64,000 bases of DNA from Psammoneis japonica (Eukaryota). The stretch's first letter is position 1, and the number at the start of each line of letters is the position of its first letter. Where the stretch lies: the NCBI GenBank assembly GCA_008632985.1, contig QPGO01000142.1:62001-126000 (forward strand), read 5' to 3'. This document shows positions 22,990 to 35,509 of the stretch, piece by piece. The notes under the pieces are model-generated. The model worked only from the letters and a program-made list of their open reading frames with translations, was not told where the DNA came from and searched no databases. The position numbers and the translations under genes are program-made.

Positions 22990-25100
22990 GATTGACCATT
23001 GTGGTCATTGCATCATTGGGTTCTCAGCTTGGATCTCATTCTGGTGCGCGTCTGGGTTCCCACATCTTGTGTCTTCCAGGACCCATTGCAACTGCTCACA
23101 ATCAGGACACAGCTGGTGTCCATTGGATGTTCCTCCATGGGTGAGGCCGGGGATGATGTGTGCTGAAACATCTCTTCTGCAAACACCTTTTCAGCTTCAA
23201 TTCTGTCTTTCAATGTCTTTGCATGAGCTGCAACCTGGCCTTCACCCACATCTGATGCAAACTTTGCCAAAATGGCTGGATCATGCAAGATGAGAAGATT
23301 CTGTCCCTCGTGGTTGCAAATCCCAACATGGCACCAGCAGACATCCTCTGGGCTGTGCATGATCCTGTTCTTGTGAAAGACATCAAGCAGCACCATTCCA
23401 CTGGACAGGATTTGCCTTCTTGGTCAAGTTTTGCCACTGGCCTGAAAAATGGCATGACAACACAATTGAATCCATTCAATTTGACATGGCACACCTTGCC
23501 TTGAAGACACCTGTGCAAATCTGGGAGACAATTCACCTCTTTCATTGTTGCCTCCAAACCCTGACTCATGAAACCTTTTTCATGAAGTGTGTTGCCATCA
23601 TTGTCAACATTTCTGATGCACATTTTGACAACAACCTTGATGCCATTTGAAGCCAATTGCATGCCACACATTTGAGGTTGCCCCACAGCAAAAAAAAGCC
23701 TGTCAAACAATGCATGTTGTTGTCCCCATTCAGCCCTTCTTTGCATTTTCCCTTTCTGTTTTCCCAGCCTTTGAGGTGCATTTGTGGGCAATGACACATG
23801 TGCCCAGATGAGCTGTCAGACTCCCCCAGTTGCACCCAGCCTTGCCTGCAACAAATTGAAGAATCCACAGGAATCAACAAACTGTGTTGAAGCTTGGTTC
23901 CCTGCCACAATCATGAATGGGTGGCACCTTTGGTGTTTGCATCATCTTGATGCCAAGGTTCAGTGCTGTGTGGAGCATCATGTGAACCAATTCATGAGGC
24001 TTGAAGACTTTGAGTTGACTCAGTCTTTGCTCATGAGTCAGAATGGAACCAAGGCTGGAGTTGTCATCAGAAACAATGTTTGGCATTTCCACAGAAGGTG
24101 GTGATGTTGAAGTCAAATGTTGCTGCTGGCTTTTTGTGAGTGGAGTGTTGACAGCAAGGAAACGTCAGTGCACTGCTCCTTGTCCATTTCTTTGTTGAAC
24201 ACATCATTCCAGCAGATGCATGTCTCATCCATGCTGGTCAAAACAACAAAGGGCAACTGATGCCCACTTGCACATTGACTTTTTCCACATTTGAAGACCT
24301 CTCCCAACACTTTTGGGTGCTCACACAGACTGGCTGAGTGCTCTCCACCAGAGTTTGTTGGCTTCTTCATTTCAATGACAAGCAATGGCAGAGAACATTT
24401 TGATTGATGCACAACCAGGGTGTTGGATCTCCCTGAAAGAAATTGCACACTGGGAACAGGGCAAGATTCTCCATGGCAGTGTGGTGAATGACTGCACCAA
24501 CCATCCTGGCAACATCAGATGAATTGCCACATTCAAGCACTTTGCATTTGTGACCACCAGGTGGGCTGTCAGTGCGCTGATCAACGAAATGCATCAGAAG
24601 TTGCAAAGCATTGTCCAGCAGCTCAGTTGACTCTTCTTTGATTTCCTGCATCTCAAAGGCACATTCCACTGCAGAAGCATCCTTGTGGCTGCCCTTCACA
24701 CATGTGTGATTGCTGCCCACTTGCTTGAGCACCATTCTTCCCTCCTCCAATGTCACAAGGGTGCAAAGACTCCATTGTTTTGCAACTTTGTGTCTTGCTG
24801 CAACTTTTCCTTGACTTTCTCATGAGCTTTCTTTTCTGCTCTAACTTTTTCCTTGACTTTCTCTTGAGCCTGCAAGCTTTCTTTTCCTCTGCTCCAAGTT
24901 TTTCCTTGACTTTCTCACAAGAAGTTTCCTTCTCTGCTTCAAGTGATTTCTCAAGTGCTGCAAGAAGTGCTTTCCATTGAGCTTTGGTGGGAGACTTTTT
25001 GTCTTGCTTGATGTTGCTGAAAGGAGACAACTCCTTGTCAACATGTTTGAGTTGTTTCAACTGCCTTTGGCCAGTTTCACTCATGTCCAGAGTGGCTTCT
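22990..25100 (-). pseudogene. Decayed gene: coiled coil, PD-(D/E)xK-like segment and kinase-like C-terminus (Crinkler-like architecture)
   Basis: Collinear fragments: EEKK-rich coil, LLVIEMKKP, KVLGEVF..GHQLPFVVLTSMDETCICW, VVVKMC, CVVMPFFRPV, EDVCWCHVG (read as mutated DVRWRHVG). Confidence 0.55.
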
Positions 25101-25279
25101 GTGGGAGAAAGTGAGTGCAACCCTTGACCCTTGACACAACACAGCAGCACAGGAGTTTGTTGTGACAAGTTGTGATCACTGATGATTGATCAATCAGCAA
25201 AAGCAAGTGACTGCCTGCATGAAGTGTGGAGTGTGGGGGGAGCACCACAAGCCATGCTTGTTTCTTGTGCTGTGCCATG

Positions 25280-27937
25280 AAATGCCCAACAATTGTCACA
25301 ATTGGAAGCATCAAATTTCTTTGACAATTTGTCAATCAACCTCAACAAAAGTTCAACAAAACTTGCAAGCTTCTGTTCACTCTCACACGGTGCACATCTG
25401 CCAAATTTGATGTGGGACAATCTCAACTCTCATCTCACTTCACTTGCAACCCAAACAGTGGAGCTTGCAATGCTCCAGGACATCACTTTCACATTGTCTG
25501 GAGACTGCCACAGCAGCCCAAAGATGGTCCTGTGAAGAGTGTGCCATTTGCCAGAACACAGACCGGCACAAGGACCAGCTTTTTCCATCAACAGCCTCCA
25601 TGACATGGAGCAACAAATCTGCGCGGTTGCTGTCCAAGAGTTGAATGGTGTTGACAATGCACTCCACAACTGTGGCTGCACAATTTGGAGCTGGTGCAAT
25701 GGAACAAAAACAAAACAGACAGAGGCCAACTCTGGAACATTTCTTTTGCCACTTGTTGCATGTCAAACCAATGTCAACTGGCATTGACAGCTTGTGCTGC
25801 TGCCAGTGTCATGAGAGGTGCCAACAAACAGATGCCACCTTTCATTCAAGTCTGCAGCCCATTGCACACACATGCAGTTGTGATGATTCTCTTGACTGCA
25901 GTGCAATCCAGATGAACCAAATGGCTGATGGCTTTAACCAGCTCAGCTCAAGGCTGATTTCCATGATGTCTTGTGACACCATTTCGTGCATGGCTTCACT
26001 CTTGGTGACGGAGGCAACCATTTCATCACCTTGAGCAAGATTGCAACAGAGGGTGTGGAGCTCTTTTCTCTCTGCAAAATGCAACACAATGGACAACAAG
26101 CAAGAACACAGATGTCAATTGCAAACAGAATGCCAACAAAACAAAAAGAAGAACAAGCTTGCCCAGATTTGTGTCAGACAAGTTGGTCATGTCACAAAGG
26201 GTTGCATCTATGACTTGTTCAGCCACACTCATCTTTGGAGTTTGGCATGCAGGAGGGAGTCACCAAGGCCTTGTCCAAAGCCTCTGGACTGCTGTCAAGC
26301 ATTGCAATTGCCTCATCTCTTGAGGTGGCAGATCTGGCAACCAAGGCTCCCTGACTGCCTGAGCAATGTGCTGCAACCAAAGGATCCAACTGATTGCAGC
26401 GAAGACAGCTGTTTGTGTCATGGCCACCAACACCTCTGGAGCCCTTGCTCTCAAGCTGCACATCTTCACTCACATGCCTGTGAGCATTGTCAATGTGCTC
26501 CCCACTGGCCAAATGACAGCAGGGCTCACCAACAGTTTCTGTGAGAAGCTTCTAAGCTCCTGCCACATTTGTGGAACAGCTCTGTTGGATGTGGCAGCAA
26601 ATCCTGCAACGCTGAGTCCAAAGTCCAAAGTGACATCATGTTGGCTCCTGCTCTCATCGCCACCTTGACTGGCATGCACCATGCCATTCCCAATGTTGTC
26701 ACCAGCAAGACCTTGTCATTCAGATGCTTTTTGCTCAAGGTGGGTGTCCTTCATGACCTTTGTTTTCTGCACACCAAGAAATGCAAATTACAGATTCAGT
26801 GGAGCCACAACAAAACATGAGCTGGCAAACAACATTGCTGTCAATGGACTTGCCTTGTGCAGCACACAACTTGCATCACATGGGCACAGCAGCAAACAGC
26901 ACAAGAGCACATCTGTCCATTGGGTCCACCATTTGGATCAGGTGCAAATCTGGGTTGTCTTTCAACCAACACACACATTGAAAGCAGCCTTTCCCATTGG
27001 GCCTCATTGGACAGTTTTGCTTGCAACAGTGGCACACAAGCAGTGCAGAATGAGTCTTGCCACACCTTGGCTTTTTGTCCTTCTTGCCATTTGCCATTCA
27101 TGCCACAACCACCTGCCTGCACTTCTCCTTCACCACTTTGTTCTTCCTGTCCACCTGTTCATTCATCTCTGCTTGCATCGCAGCATTGTGATTGCAGCAA
27201 GCACAGATGTCTGTGTGCCTTTTTTGTCTCATCCCACTTGACTGCATCATGAACTCTCCAGCATGTTGACTTGCTGTGTTCTTGCCAGATTTGACTGGCA
27301 CTTGGGGACTGGACCTTGTTCCTCCAGCAGTCTTCAACAAGCTTGACAAGCTGTGCAGCTTGCACGGCTCTGTTCTCCCATGTCCTGCTGTTCATTTGCT
27401 GTTTGAGCTTGGCTGACAGATCAATCAGTCTGCTCAGATCCAGAATGCATTGTGCGCAGAAGTCTGCACTCCAGCTGAGTTTGTGTGCTGCCAAAATTGC
27501 CCCTGAGATTTTGAGGTTGTGGATCTCAGCAACAGCATGCCCCTCCTTGGCCGGTCCTTGGAAGCCAGCCTTTGACCCTGCAGCTCAGCCAATGTCCTCT
27601 GCTCCAGTGATGGTGGTGGAGCAGATGCCGCAGATTCATCCCCGGCATGATTGGTTGAGGATGCCTCTGGTGCCTGTGTTGACAGCAAAGAAGTTTGTTG
27701 GGAGCTGCGACATTGTTGATGAAGAGTGTGGACAAGACAAGCAATGCCACCATCAAACTTCACACATGATTCTGCATTTTTCCTGGTCTGCCAGTTGTCA
27801 GAATCATGCGCACTGAGAAGTCCGCAGGTTCAATGGGATGCCAATCAAACTGCACTGCTTTTGTTGAACTTTTGTTGAGGTTGATTGACAAATTGTCAAA
27901 GAAATTTGCATTTGATTGTAAAAATTGTTGGGCATTT
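25280..27937. repeat. ~80-bp inverted repeat pair (25280-25362 and 27858-27937), possible TIRs of a decayed DNA transposon
   Basis: aaatgcccaacaatt...caaatttctttgacaatttgtcaatcaacctcaacaaaagttcaacaaaa occurs forward and reverse-complemented. Confidence 0.75.
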
Positions 27938-29288
27938 TGCAGCAATGACTCAGTGCATCACAGGAGTGACCTCCACACCAAGAGTTTCAATGTTTCGCAG
28001 CAGGTGCTTCCAGCGGCAGTGCCCCAGGTCTTTTCTGTTGACACTTTTTGTCTCAGAAATTTGGCACATGTCCAAACCATTGCAGTTGTGCAGTTTGCTG
28101 CCACATTGGCAGTCATCAGTGTCATCATCTTTCTAACTGGTGATGGACAAATTTTTGAACATGATTCTCAAATCATTCACTCAACACGGCATCCGACATC
28201 ACGGTGCTGATGTCAAGTGGGCTCAATCTTGGAGAGCTCTCACCTTGCACTAACATGTGCAAGGTGTGCCACTTTTGACCAGTTTGATTTTTTCATTGTT
28301 CAGCAGTGCTTGTGGTGCATCACTGCCATTGTCAAGCAGCAAAAGCTCTGAAAAACACTCGCAAGATTCTTTGCTGCACGAGCACCGTTTTCACAATGTT
28401 TTGCTTTCTTCTGCCCTTTCACCCAAAGAGTCACAGAGAACAGATAAAATGACATTCTGTCACATTGAGCTCTTCTCTGCAGAATGGCTGACAGTCATGG
28501 TCAGTTGGTGAAAGGGTGTTCTTGCACTTGCCCTGAGCAAAGAAGTTGTTGTGACCCATGCAGGTTTTTTTTGAGCACTTGGGCATGACAACTCATTGAT
28601 TGCAGACATTGTGAGGCTGTTCCACATGCAACTCATGCAGGTGCAACAGTGAGACATGCAGAGCTTGAGTCCCTGCATGACTGTGGTCACATTTGGTGCT
28701 GTGCAGATTTCACGCAGAGACCTCTCGCACAATGTGCTCAGTGGCCAGCCACCATGCCGTGACTCCATTGCATGTAAAGCTCCTGTGGCCTGTTGCAGGT
28801 TTCACACCAGGAGTTGCATTTTCCAACACATGCTTCTGCGTGATCAGCTGCAAACTGTGGACAGCCCACAGGCACAGGAAAGCAATTCAGAGCTCATGTC
28901 TGCTGCAGTGATCACAGCATTGGAAGCATCGCTCAGTCAAAACAGCAGCGACATGATTGCAGGGAAGCAATGAATGTCATGAGTGAGAACAGCTCATCCA
29001 AAAGTCTTTCTGATGAGACCTTCAGGACACCTGGTTGCATCTGCTAGTGGTGAAGGGTGTCCGTGATTTTGTAAATCCGGACCACAGCTGCTAGCTGGGT
29101 TACGAGTCACCTTAAGAGACGACGGACGGACGGAAGCGCCACAATTTTCTACATGTGCATCAACGTACTGTACAGTACGTTCGCGCATGAGTTTTGTTTT
29201 TACTTTGATAGGAGCACTTACTAACATGCTCCCGCGCCGCCCATCATCAGGCACAAACGCCGAGCAACGATCAAGTTTCACTAATCGA

Positions 29289-29580
29289 ACACTGGTGTGG
29301 GTTGTGAATCCCAAAAGAGACGGGAATCATATGGAGTGCACGGAGCCGGTCTTGTCGCAAGCACCTCTTTGTTGTTGTCTTGTCCTGTTCCAGTAAGTCC
29401 AAGCCCACGATGAGGATGATTCGAGGAGAACTTTAACCAAACACTTATGTTTGTTGTGAATCCAAAGCTTGCATTTAAAAAAGAGAAGTGTTTCATATTG
29501 AATATGGAGTGCACGGAGTCGGCCTTATTACAAGTACCGTTTCTTGTTGTCTTGTCCTCTCTTCCAGCAAGTCAAAGCCA
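29289..29580. repeat. Diverged direct duplication (~120-140 bp, 2 copies)
   Basis: ttgtgaatcc...atatggagtgcacggag...ttgttgtcttgtcct...ttccag.aagtc.aagcc at ~29289-29407 and ~29441-29580. Confidence 0.8.
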
Positions 29581-29654
29581 GCGACATCTTTCTTTCTCTA
29601 GAACAAATAAAAGAGTGCAATAAATGCTGACAGCAAGCTGCAACTAGTGCACTG

Positions 29655-31067
29655 TCATTCCCCTTCGTCATAAACGATTATGGTGCTGTTGTCACCACCG
29701 CTCGAAGCACCCCGCCACTGCAACAAAAGATTGGATCCCGGACGAGAAGGCGTACCCTGAGCCAATGCCAGTTCAGTTGAACTGAGCCTTTGCAAAAACG
29801 TCCCACATCCTCTTTCTGAATAATTCATAGCATGGATTGTGAAGGAACCCCGGCCCTTTTTGTTTGTTTTGGCCCCAACGAACAAAAGGTCAGGTGTTGG
29901 GTCAAACGGCGGAAGCCACCCTTCGGTTCTGCCATTCCTGTATAGACCCCTCTCAAACCTTCCAGCACAGTACCGGTAATTCTCCTCAAAGGTCCCTTCT
30001 TCATTGGTTTGGATGACATAAATGTCCATTAGTCCGTCACCATTCACGTCTAGAACCTCCAAATCCGGAGCAGCATGCGGCAACGATATATGATAGTACG
30101 GGCGACCCATGTCAAAATATGGCTTCTCTGGCAATCCTCGGAATATCTTTAATTTTTGATTGCCTGAATACCCAATAATGGCAAGTAGTTCCGGTACACC
30201 GTCTCCTGTCATATCGGCAGTACGGATGTTTCGAAACCGCTTGTTGGAGCGAGGCAGTTCATACGGAACAAATTTTTTGTTCTTTTTCTGTATGAGAACG
30301 GTTGCTCCAGCATTAGAGAATCTACCAGGGAAGAATAACAAATCATCGGCACCATCATTGTTGAAATCTGCAACAAGTGCTCGTGTCAGTTGGAGTTCCT
30401 TGTTGATATGCTTGTTTCGCACTTCCTTGAAAAGCCGACCGCTCTTCTTTTCGGGTATGACTTTGTACAACCGGTGCCAATTTGGAAGACCATCAGATCG
30501 TGGTGCGCCGTTGGTTGTGAGTAGCAAAAGTTTTGAGCCATCTGCACCTCTCAAAGGTATCGCGTCGCGAGATCGCATGGACGGAGTATCGTATAGACCA
30601 TGGTTGAATACTTTTTTGAGAGACCCATCTGACTGTGTAATGTAGACTTCGTTGTGTCCCTCCCCAGTCCCCATGACGGCCCCAACAGCACAAACCAAGT
30701 CCGCAAGGCCGTCATTGTTGGCGTCTATGGCTCCGCAACCGTGTCGATCAATCCGTTCCTTACCACCAACTTCATCACTCTCTGCAAGTCTTGCAACCTT
30801 GTTTTCTTCCCACACACCTTCACTCGTCTCACAATAAGGCGCCTCTAATATCTCATGACCGACCCACCAATATGTTCTAGCATTATCACACCATGGCGAT
30901 CCCTCTGGCATTATCATTGTAGGTCCGAACACGCGTGTCAACGGCTCAACAACCGTGACCTCAGGCTGGTACTCCTTGTCTGTTTTTACTAGTACCACCA
31001 CTACAGGGTGGGGCAGCAAAGATAATACAGTAGCTACAATCAACCAGTCGTTCCAAAAAAGTTTCAT
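29655..31067 (-). CDS. Secreted FG-GAP/VCBS repeat (beta-propeller-like) protein
   Basis: Hydrophobic N-terminus; DANNDGLADL, DFNNDGADDL, DMTGDGVPEL, DVNGDGLMDI Ca-binding repeats; intronless. Confidence 0.85.
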   Translation of the reverse strand: MKLFWNDWLIVATVLSLLPHPVVVVLVKTDKEYQPEVTVVEPLTRVFGPTMIMPEGSPWCDNARTYWWVGHEILEAPYCETSEGVWEENKVARLAESDEVGGKERIDRHGCGAIDANNDGLADLVCAVGAVMGTGEGHNEVYITQSDGSLKKVFNHGLYDTPSMRSRDAIPLRGADGSKLLLLTTNGAPRSDGLPNWHRLYKVIPEKKSGRLFKEVRNKHINKELQLTRALVADFNNDGADDLLFFPGRFSNAGATVLIQKKNKKFVPYELPRSNKRFRNIRTADMTGDGVPELLAIIGYSGNQKLKIFRGLPEKPYFDMGRPYYHISLPHAAPDLEVLDVNGDGLMDIYVIQTNEEGTFEENYRYCAGRFERGLYRNGRTEGWLPPFDPTPDLLFVGAKTNKKGRGSFTIHAMNYSERGCGTFLQRLSSTELALAQGTPSRPGSNLLLQWRGASSGGDNSTIIVYDEGE

Positions 31068-31129
31068 GGTCTCTCTGCCACAATAATCAACGACACGCGA
31101 GCTGTTTATTGCTTCAATGCAGGCTCACA

Positions 31130-34100
31130 TAATGGCAATGGAAAAAATGAAGCTTGACGATCTGAAATCTGATGAGATCAATGAGCACGAGCACGGCAAA
31201 ATGTGTGCGTCTTTGTTTGCCCGCACCCTGCTGAACGCCGCACCAGCGCACTCGCACATCGCGTTGAACGTTGAACTGGGCACCCGAAGTGCAGCTCCAT
31301 CAATGCGCTGCTCTTGGGCACTGAGGAGCATCGTGGGTCCAGAACTCAATCTTCTTCTGGCATCTTGGACAGTCTGTTTGGGATGTTTGGACCCCTCACT
31401 TGTTCATGAATCATGAAGGGATTCCTTCCACACTGGTGGCTCGCACCACCAGCTGCTGAGTCTGGCTGGACTGAGCAAGAGTGCTGGCCATGGTCTCTGC
31501 TGTGCCAGCTGCTTCAGATGATTTTGCATGGACAGATGTGTTGTGCATCATGGTCAGCAGTTCTCAGTGATTGAGCTGGTTGGGATGAGGCAGGGAGCTT
31601 GCTGACTGTGGCTTCTGATGCACCAGCTGTGCACTGTGCTCGCACACAGCAGGGAGAGGAGCAGCCACATTGAGGCAATTCACAGATGTGACAAAGTGGC
31701 CCAATCCAGATGTCTTTGCATTGGCAGAGTTGTTGTGCATCATGGTCAATCAAATCTTGTGAAGCAGCAACGAGGATGAGCAGTTTCAGGAAGACTTTTT
31801 GTGAGAGACCACCCAAAAAGCTCGTTGATCAAATTGGGGGCGCTGCAATGTTCAGGAAACAGCAGAGTCAACCCATGATGACTGCAGCAAGAAAAATGTT
31901 GCTTTTTGTGTGAAGAATTTCTGATGTCAAATGTGGCAATGTTCTTCAGATGCAATCTCATGCTTGGCATGGGGAGAAAGCAATTTTTGCAAACACAGCA
32001 TTGGTCTGAGAGGGTTGGCTTGGCCTGACAACAAGTGGTCTGCCAAGAAAGCACAGACAAGAATTTGGAAGTTAGCTCAATTGCAGAGCTCAACTGTCAA
32101 AAAGCAAAAGCAGACAAAGATGTGACAACTGCTTGGCAATGAGAAGAGCTCAAGACAGGCAACTTGGGGTTGTGCGGGAGTGTGGAGACGAAGATGCAGA
32201 GACGCTGCAAAACACACCGATGGCAGAGGGTGGTCTGTGCCCCCCCCCCCCCTGCACAAGTGGGGGGTTGTTTGCATGATGTGTGTCTGCATCACTTGTC
32301 ATGACACAGAAGCAGTGTGCGCAAGCCTGTGAGCACCATTTGAGCCACAGCAAGATCATCCCATTCTTTCATCAATGCTGCACTGCATGTTGATGACAGT
32401 TGAGAGTGAGTTTTTGCTTGCAGCACATGCTGCCCACCCTTTGCAACTCTCTCTGGCTGGAGAGCTCCATGTCTGGGCTCCCCTGATCTTGGTCTCAAGC
32501 TTGAGGTCTGGTGTGCACAGCTTGCACCACAACAAGCCCCAGAGAGCTCATCCAAGAACTCATCAGCCACCAGAGGAAGAAGAGTCAGAGAGCAGCAGAG
32601 GACAATCAACACATCAATTGCACCCACTTGCTGGCTGGAGACCATCCATGTGAGCTGCAGAGTTAGAGCAAAAAAGAAAGCCAGTTGTGTGCCCAATTGA
32701 TGCCATGAGTCATTTCCAAGCTCAACACAAGACAAGTGAAATGACTTGCTGTTCCCACCACCCAAATTGTTGTCTCCAGATGTGCCCAACAATGGAGCCA
32801 TTGAGAGCACCTGGTGCCATTGTTCCTTTGTCACAATGTGAGTTTTATGACCCACATCACTGCACCCTCAAAAACAAAATTGTCAAGACACAAGGCAAAG
32901 GTCATTTGTTGGAATTTTGTGGCTTGCCAACTGGCACACTGTGCTTGGTCTTGCCAATCCCTGAAGTCAGCATTGCATTGACTGCAAACACTTTTTTGTT
33001 GCTGTTGCCTCCACTGCCATGTCAGCCAGGTGCAGAAGCTGAAAAGTGAGCACAAGACCCACAACTCAACAGGGAGTTGCAAACATGCAAATTTGCCACA
33101 TCATCAATGATCGTCAGTGTGCCCTTCACTGCAATGTTGTCTCTGTCTTGTGAAAACCACCTCACACCCAACAAATGTTCCAACAAGGTTGCCATGTGCA
33201 GTTTTGTGGCAAAACCCATGATCCAGCCCAGTGGCCAAAGTCACAGATGCCTTGGCTCTTGGCTGTCAAGGTGTGTGTTGTCAAATTTGTCAAATGTGTC
33301 TGCGTTTCTGTCACAAAAAAGTGCGTGCAGCACAGACAGACAGAATGACCACAAGCACAAGAGAGCAGAGGTGGTTGAAAAACATTTGCAGTTTGTTGCC
33401 ACACATCACATCTGTGCTCATGTTTGCAGAAACAGAAGATGCTGTCAATGATGTGCAAGATGCAGCAGCTGCAATGGAGCCATTCTGGGAAATCTTGCCA
33501 TTGGCATCACTGTGGCAGCCATTGTTGTCATTGTGTGCAGCAGCAACCTCGTGCAAACATCTGGCAACCAATGCTGACAATGAAACAACAAGTTGCCACA
33601 AAGACCAATGATCTTTGACTTTTTGTCTTCACCCAGTGCCCAGCGCCCATGACTCAAACAGGGTGAAGCAAAAACTGCACCAAATCAACAAAACCCAGGT
33701 GCAAAAGCCATGGGCACTCACTTGTCCCTTGCACTCCTCACCAAAGAAGAAGAGCAACTCTCATTGTCTTTGTGGTGCTCTCTTTCACGAGGCACTTTTC
33801 TGCCATTGTGTTCTTTGATCAACTCATTGACTCATTTGCACAAGGTGGGTTGCCACAGGAGACTTTTGACCACACTGCAAAAAAGCAAAAGAGGCGGGGT
33901 CAATGTTGCCAGCTTTCTTGTGGCATGAGCTGGGGCTGACCAAGATCTGCAAGACAACCTCGCTGGCTCCTTGATGCAAAGGTGTGCAAGAAGAGCGCTG
34001 ACACCAACAAAAGAAGGGTGGTCGTTGCACCCAGTCTTTTGTGGAGAAGGAAATGACCGCATCCAAGATGTTTTTGAAGTGACATGGGCTGTCGCTCGTG

Positions 34101-34160
34101 CCAACTTGCATGTGCGAGCACTGACCTCCAGAAAGTGAAATCAAAATCGTCACCCTCGGG
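31130..34160. other. Degenerate CpG/TpA-depleted domain
   Basis: TA nearly absent throughout; CG absent in the core but retained at both edges; poly-C at ~32240. Confidence 0.85.
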
Positions 34161-34576
34161 CCTCTAAGTGTACCGCATGATAGAGAGATAGACGGGACTG
34201 GTTTTTTGAGTCCCATCTGGGCACAGATCTGGGAACCAAGCCAGTGCGCGATGTACAGAGCGCATCATTTCTTTTGGAGAAGCCGTACGTCCATGAATAA
34301 ATAAAATTTCAGATATGAATATAAACTTTTCGCAGCTTCCTCTCACAAGACTGATCGTCGCCATTCAACGCTCGTGACTCACAATTTGCCACGACAGAGG
34401 CGCCGAAAATTCCTTCCACTTCCACCACTGTTGCTCTCTTTGCTACCACGATTCACAGCTGTTTTGTTCTCTTGCGTTGCAGTACTCTCAACGACACAAA
34501 CAAACAAGAGCCTTGTTGTCGCGACTGACAGTCACGAGAGAGTCCCGGAAGAGAAGGAATTCATTTTTGAAAAACC

Positions 34577-35509
34577 ATGAAATACCACGCAACATTTACT
34601 CCGCTGGATCGCACTGTTTTCCAACACGACGAGGAAATGGTGGCCACCCCGATGGACGCAAGGCAGGAAATGAGCAGGGAGAGGCTTCACACTGCTGATA
34701 CCCTTGTTGTCCGGAACACACCACTTGATGGAAAGGTCATTGAAACGTCTCCCAAAGCTGACCCGGACGACTGCTCTCTTGTTTCCTCCCTCTCCAACGA
34801 TGATTCTCTGATTGGGCCTTCGCAATCACAAATTGAGACTGGATTGCGTGGATTGAGCATTGCTTCCCTAACACCAGAGGAAATCAATGTGGGCGAGAGC
34901 TCCATTCCACAATGGCTCGAGAATGGAGATCTCTTTCCTCCTGCGCCACAAGCAACCTCCAGACCCGATATCGTTCGAAGGGCAGAGACGGAACAGACCC
35001 CATACCACCACCGCTGTGTCAAGACATTGATACCGTCTCCAACCATACCACGACCCAGCTTTGGTAGAATCAAGTCGTGCCCTACAACAACGCTGGATTT
35101 CTCAGCAACGGGTACCCCACCAGCAAGTTTTCCTTTGGAATCATTGGACGAATCATCCTCACGCCTTGATTTCAGCAGAGCCGCCCCCGACCCGTGGTTG
35201 AGGAAGAAAGACTCGCAACTCCTTGGAAATCGCCCTCGTCGACATGTTCGAAACAAATCCGCAACGAGTGTCTCGAGTTCCATGTCCTTGACGGCTCCCT
35301 CGACCGCTTCTTCCATGTCACTACAAAACGCAAGCACATTGGACGATGAAACCGCTTCCACTCTTTCGTCACGAAAAAAGGCTGGTCGATACGTACGAAA
35401 AGAATTCAATTATGTCTTGAATCGACTAGGATCTCCTATTCAAAAGATTAAAAAGCGACAAGAAGCAGATAGCATTGACTGGAGGCGATCGAAGGGGTGC
35501 TTGACGTAG
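34577..35509 (+). CDS. Hypothetical Ser/Pro-rich, probably disordered protein
   Basis: 310-aa ATG ORF with normal dinucleotide content; no recognised motif. Confidence 0.65.
   Translation: MKYHATFTPLDRTVFQHDEEMVATPMDARQEMSRERLHTADTLVVRNTPLDGKVIETSPKADPDDCSLVSSLSNDDSLIGPSQSQIETGLRGLSIASLTPEEINVGESSIPQWLENGDLFPPAPQATSRPDIVRRAETEQTPYHHRCVKTLIPSPTIPRPSFGRIKSCPTTTLDFSATGTPPASFPLESLDESSSRLDFSRAAPDPWLRKKDSQLLGNRPRRHVRNKSATSVSSSMSLTAPSTASSMSLQNASTLDDETASTLSSRKKAGRYVRKEFNYVLNRLGSPIQKIKKRQEADSIDWRRSKGCLT

Larger units (their letters stand above)
18000..29040. other. 11-kb degenerate domain of nested, hypermutated TE and gene remnants
   Basis: Hand count at 24001-24300: 0 TA, 1 CG; genic control at 12001-12300: 9 TA, 16 CG. 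Confidence 0.9.

Noticed and set aside
18000..29040. Dozens of 60-210 aa ORFs in all six frames here and in the other decayed domains
   Set aside because: They result from TAA/TAG loss; Tyr-free, C/H/Q/M-rich and overlapping on both strands.
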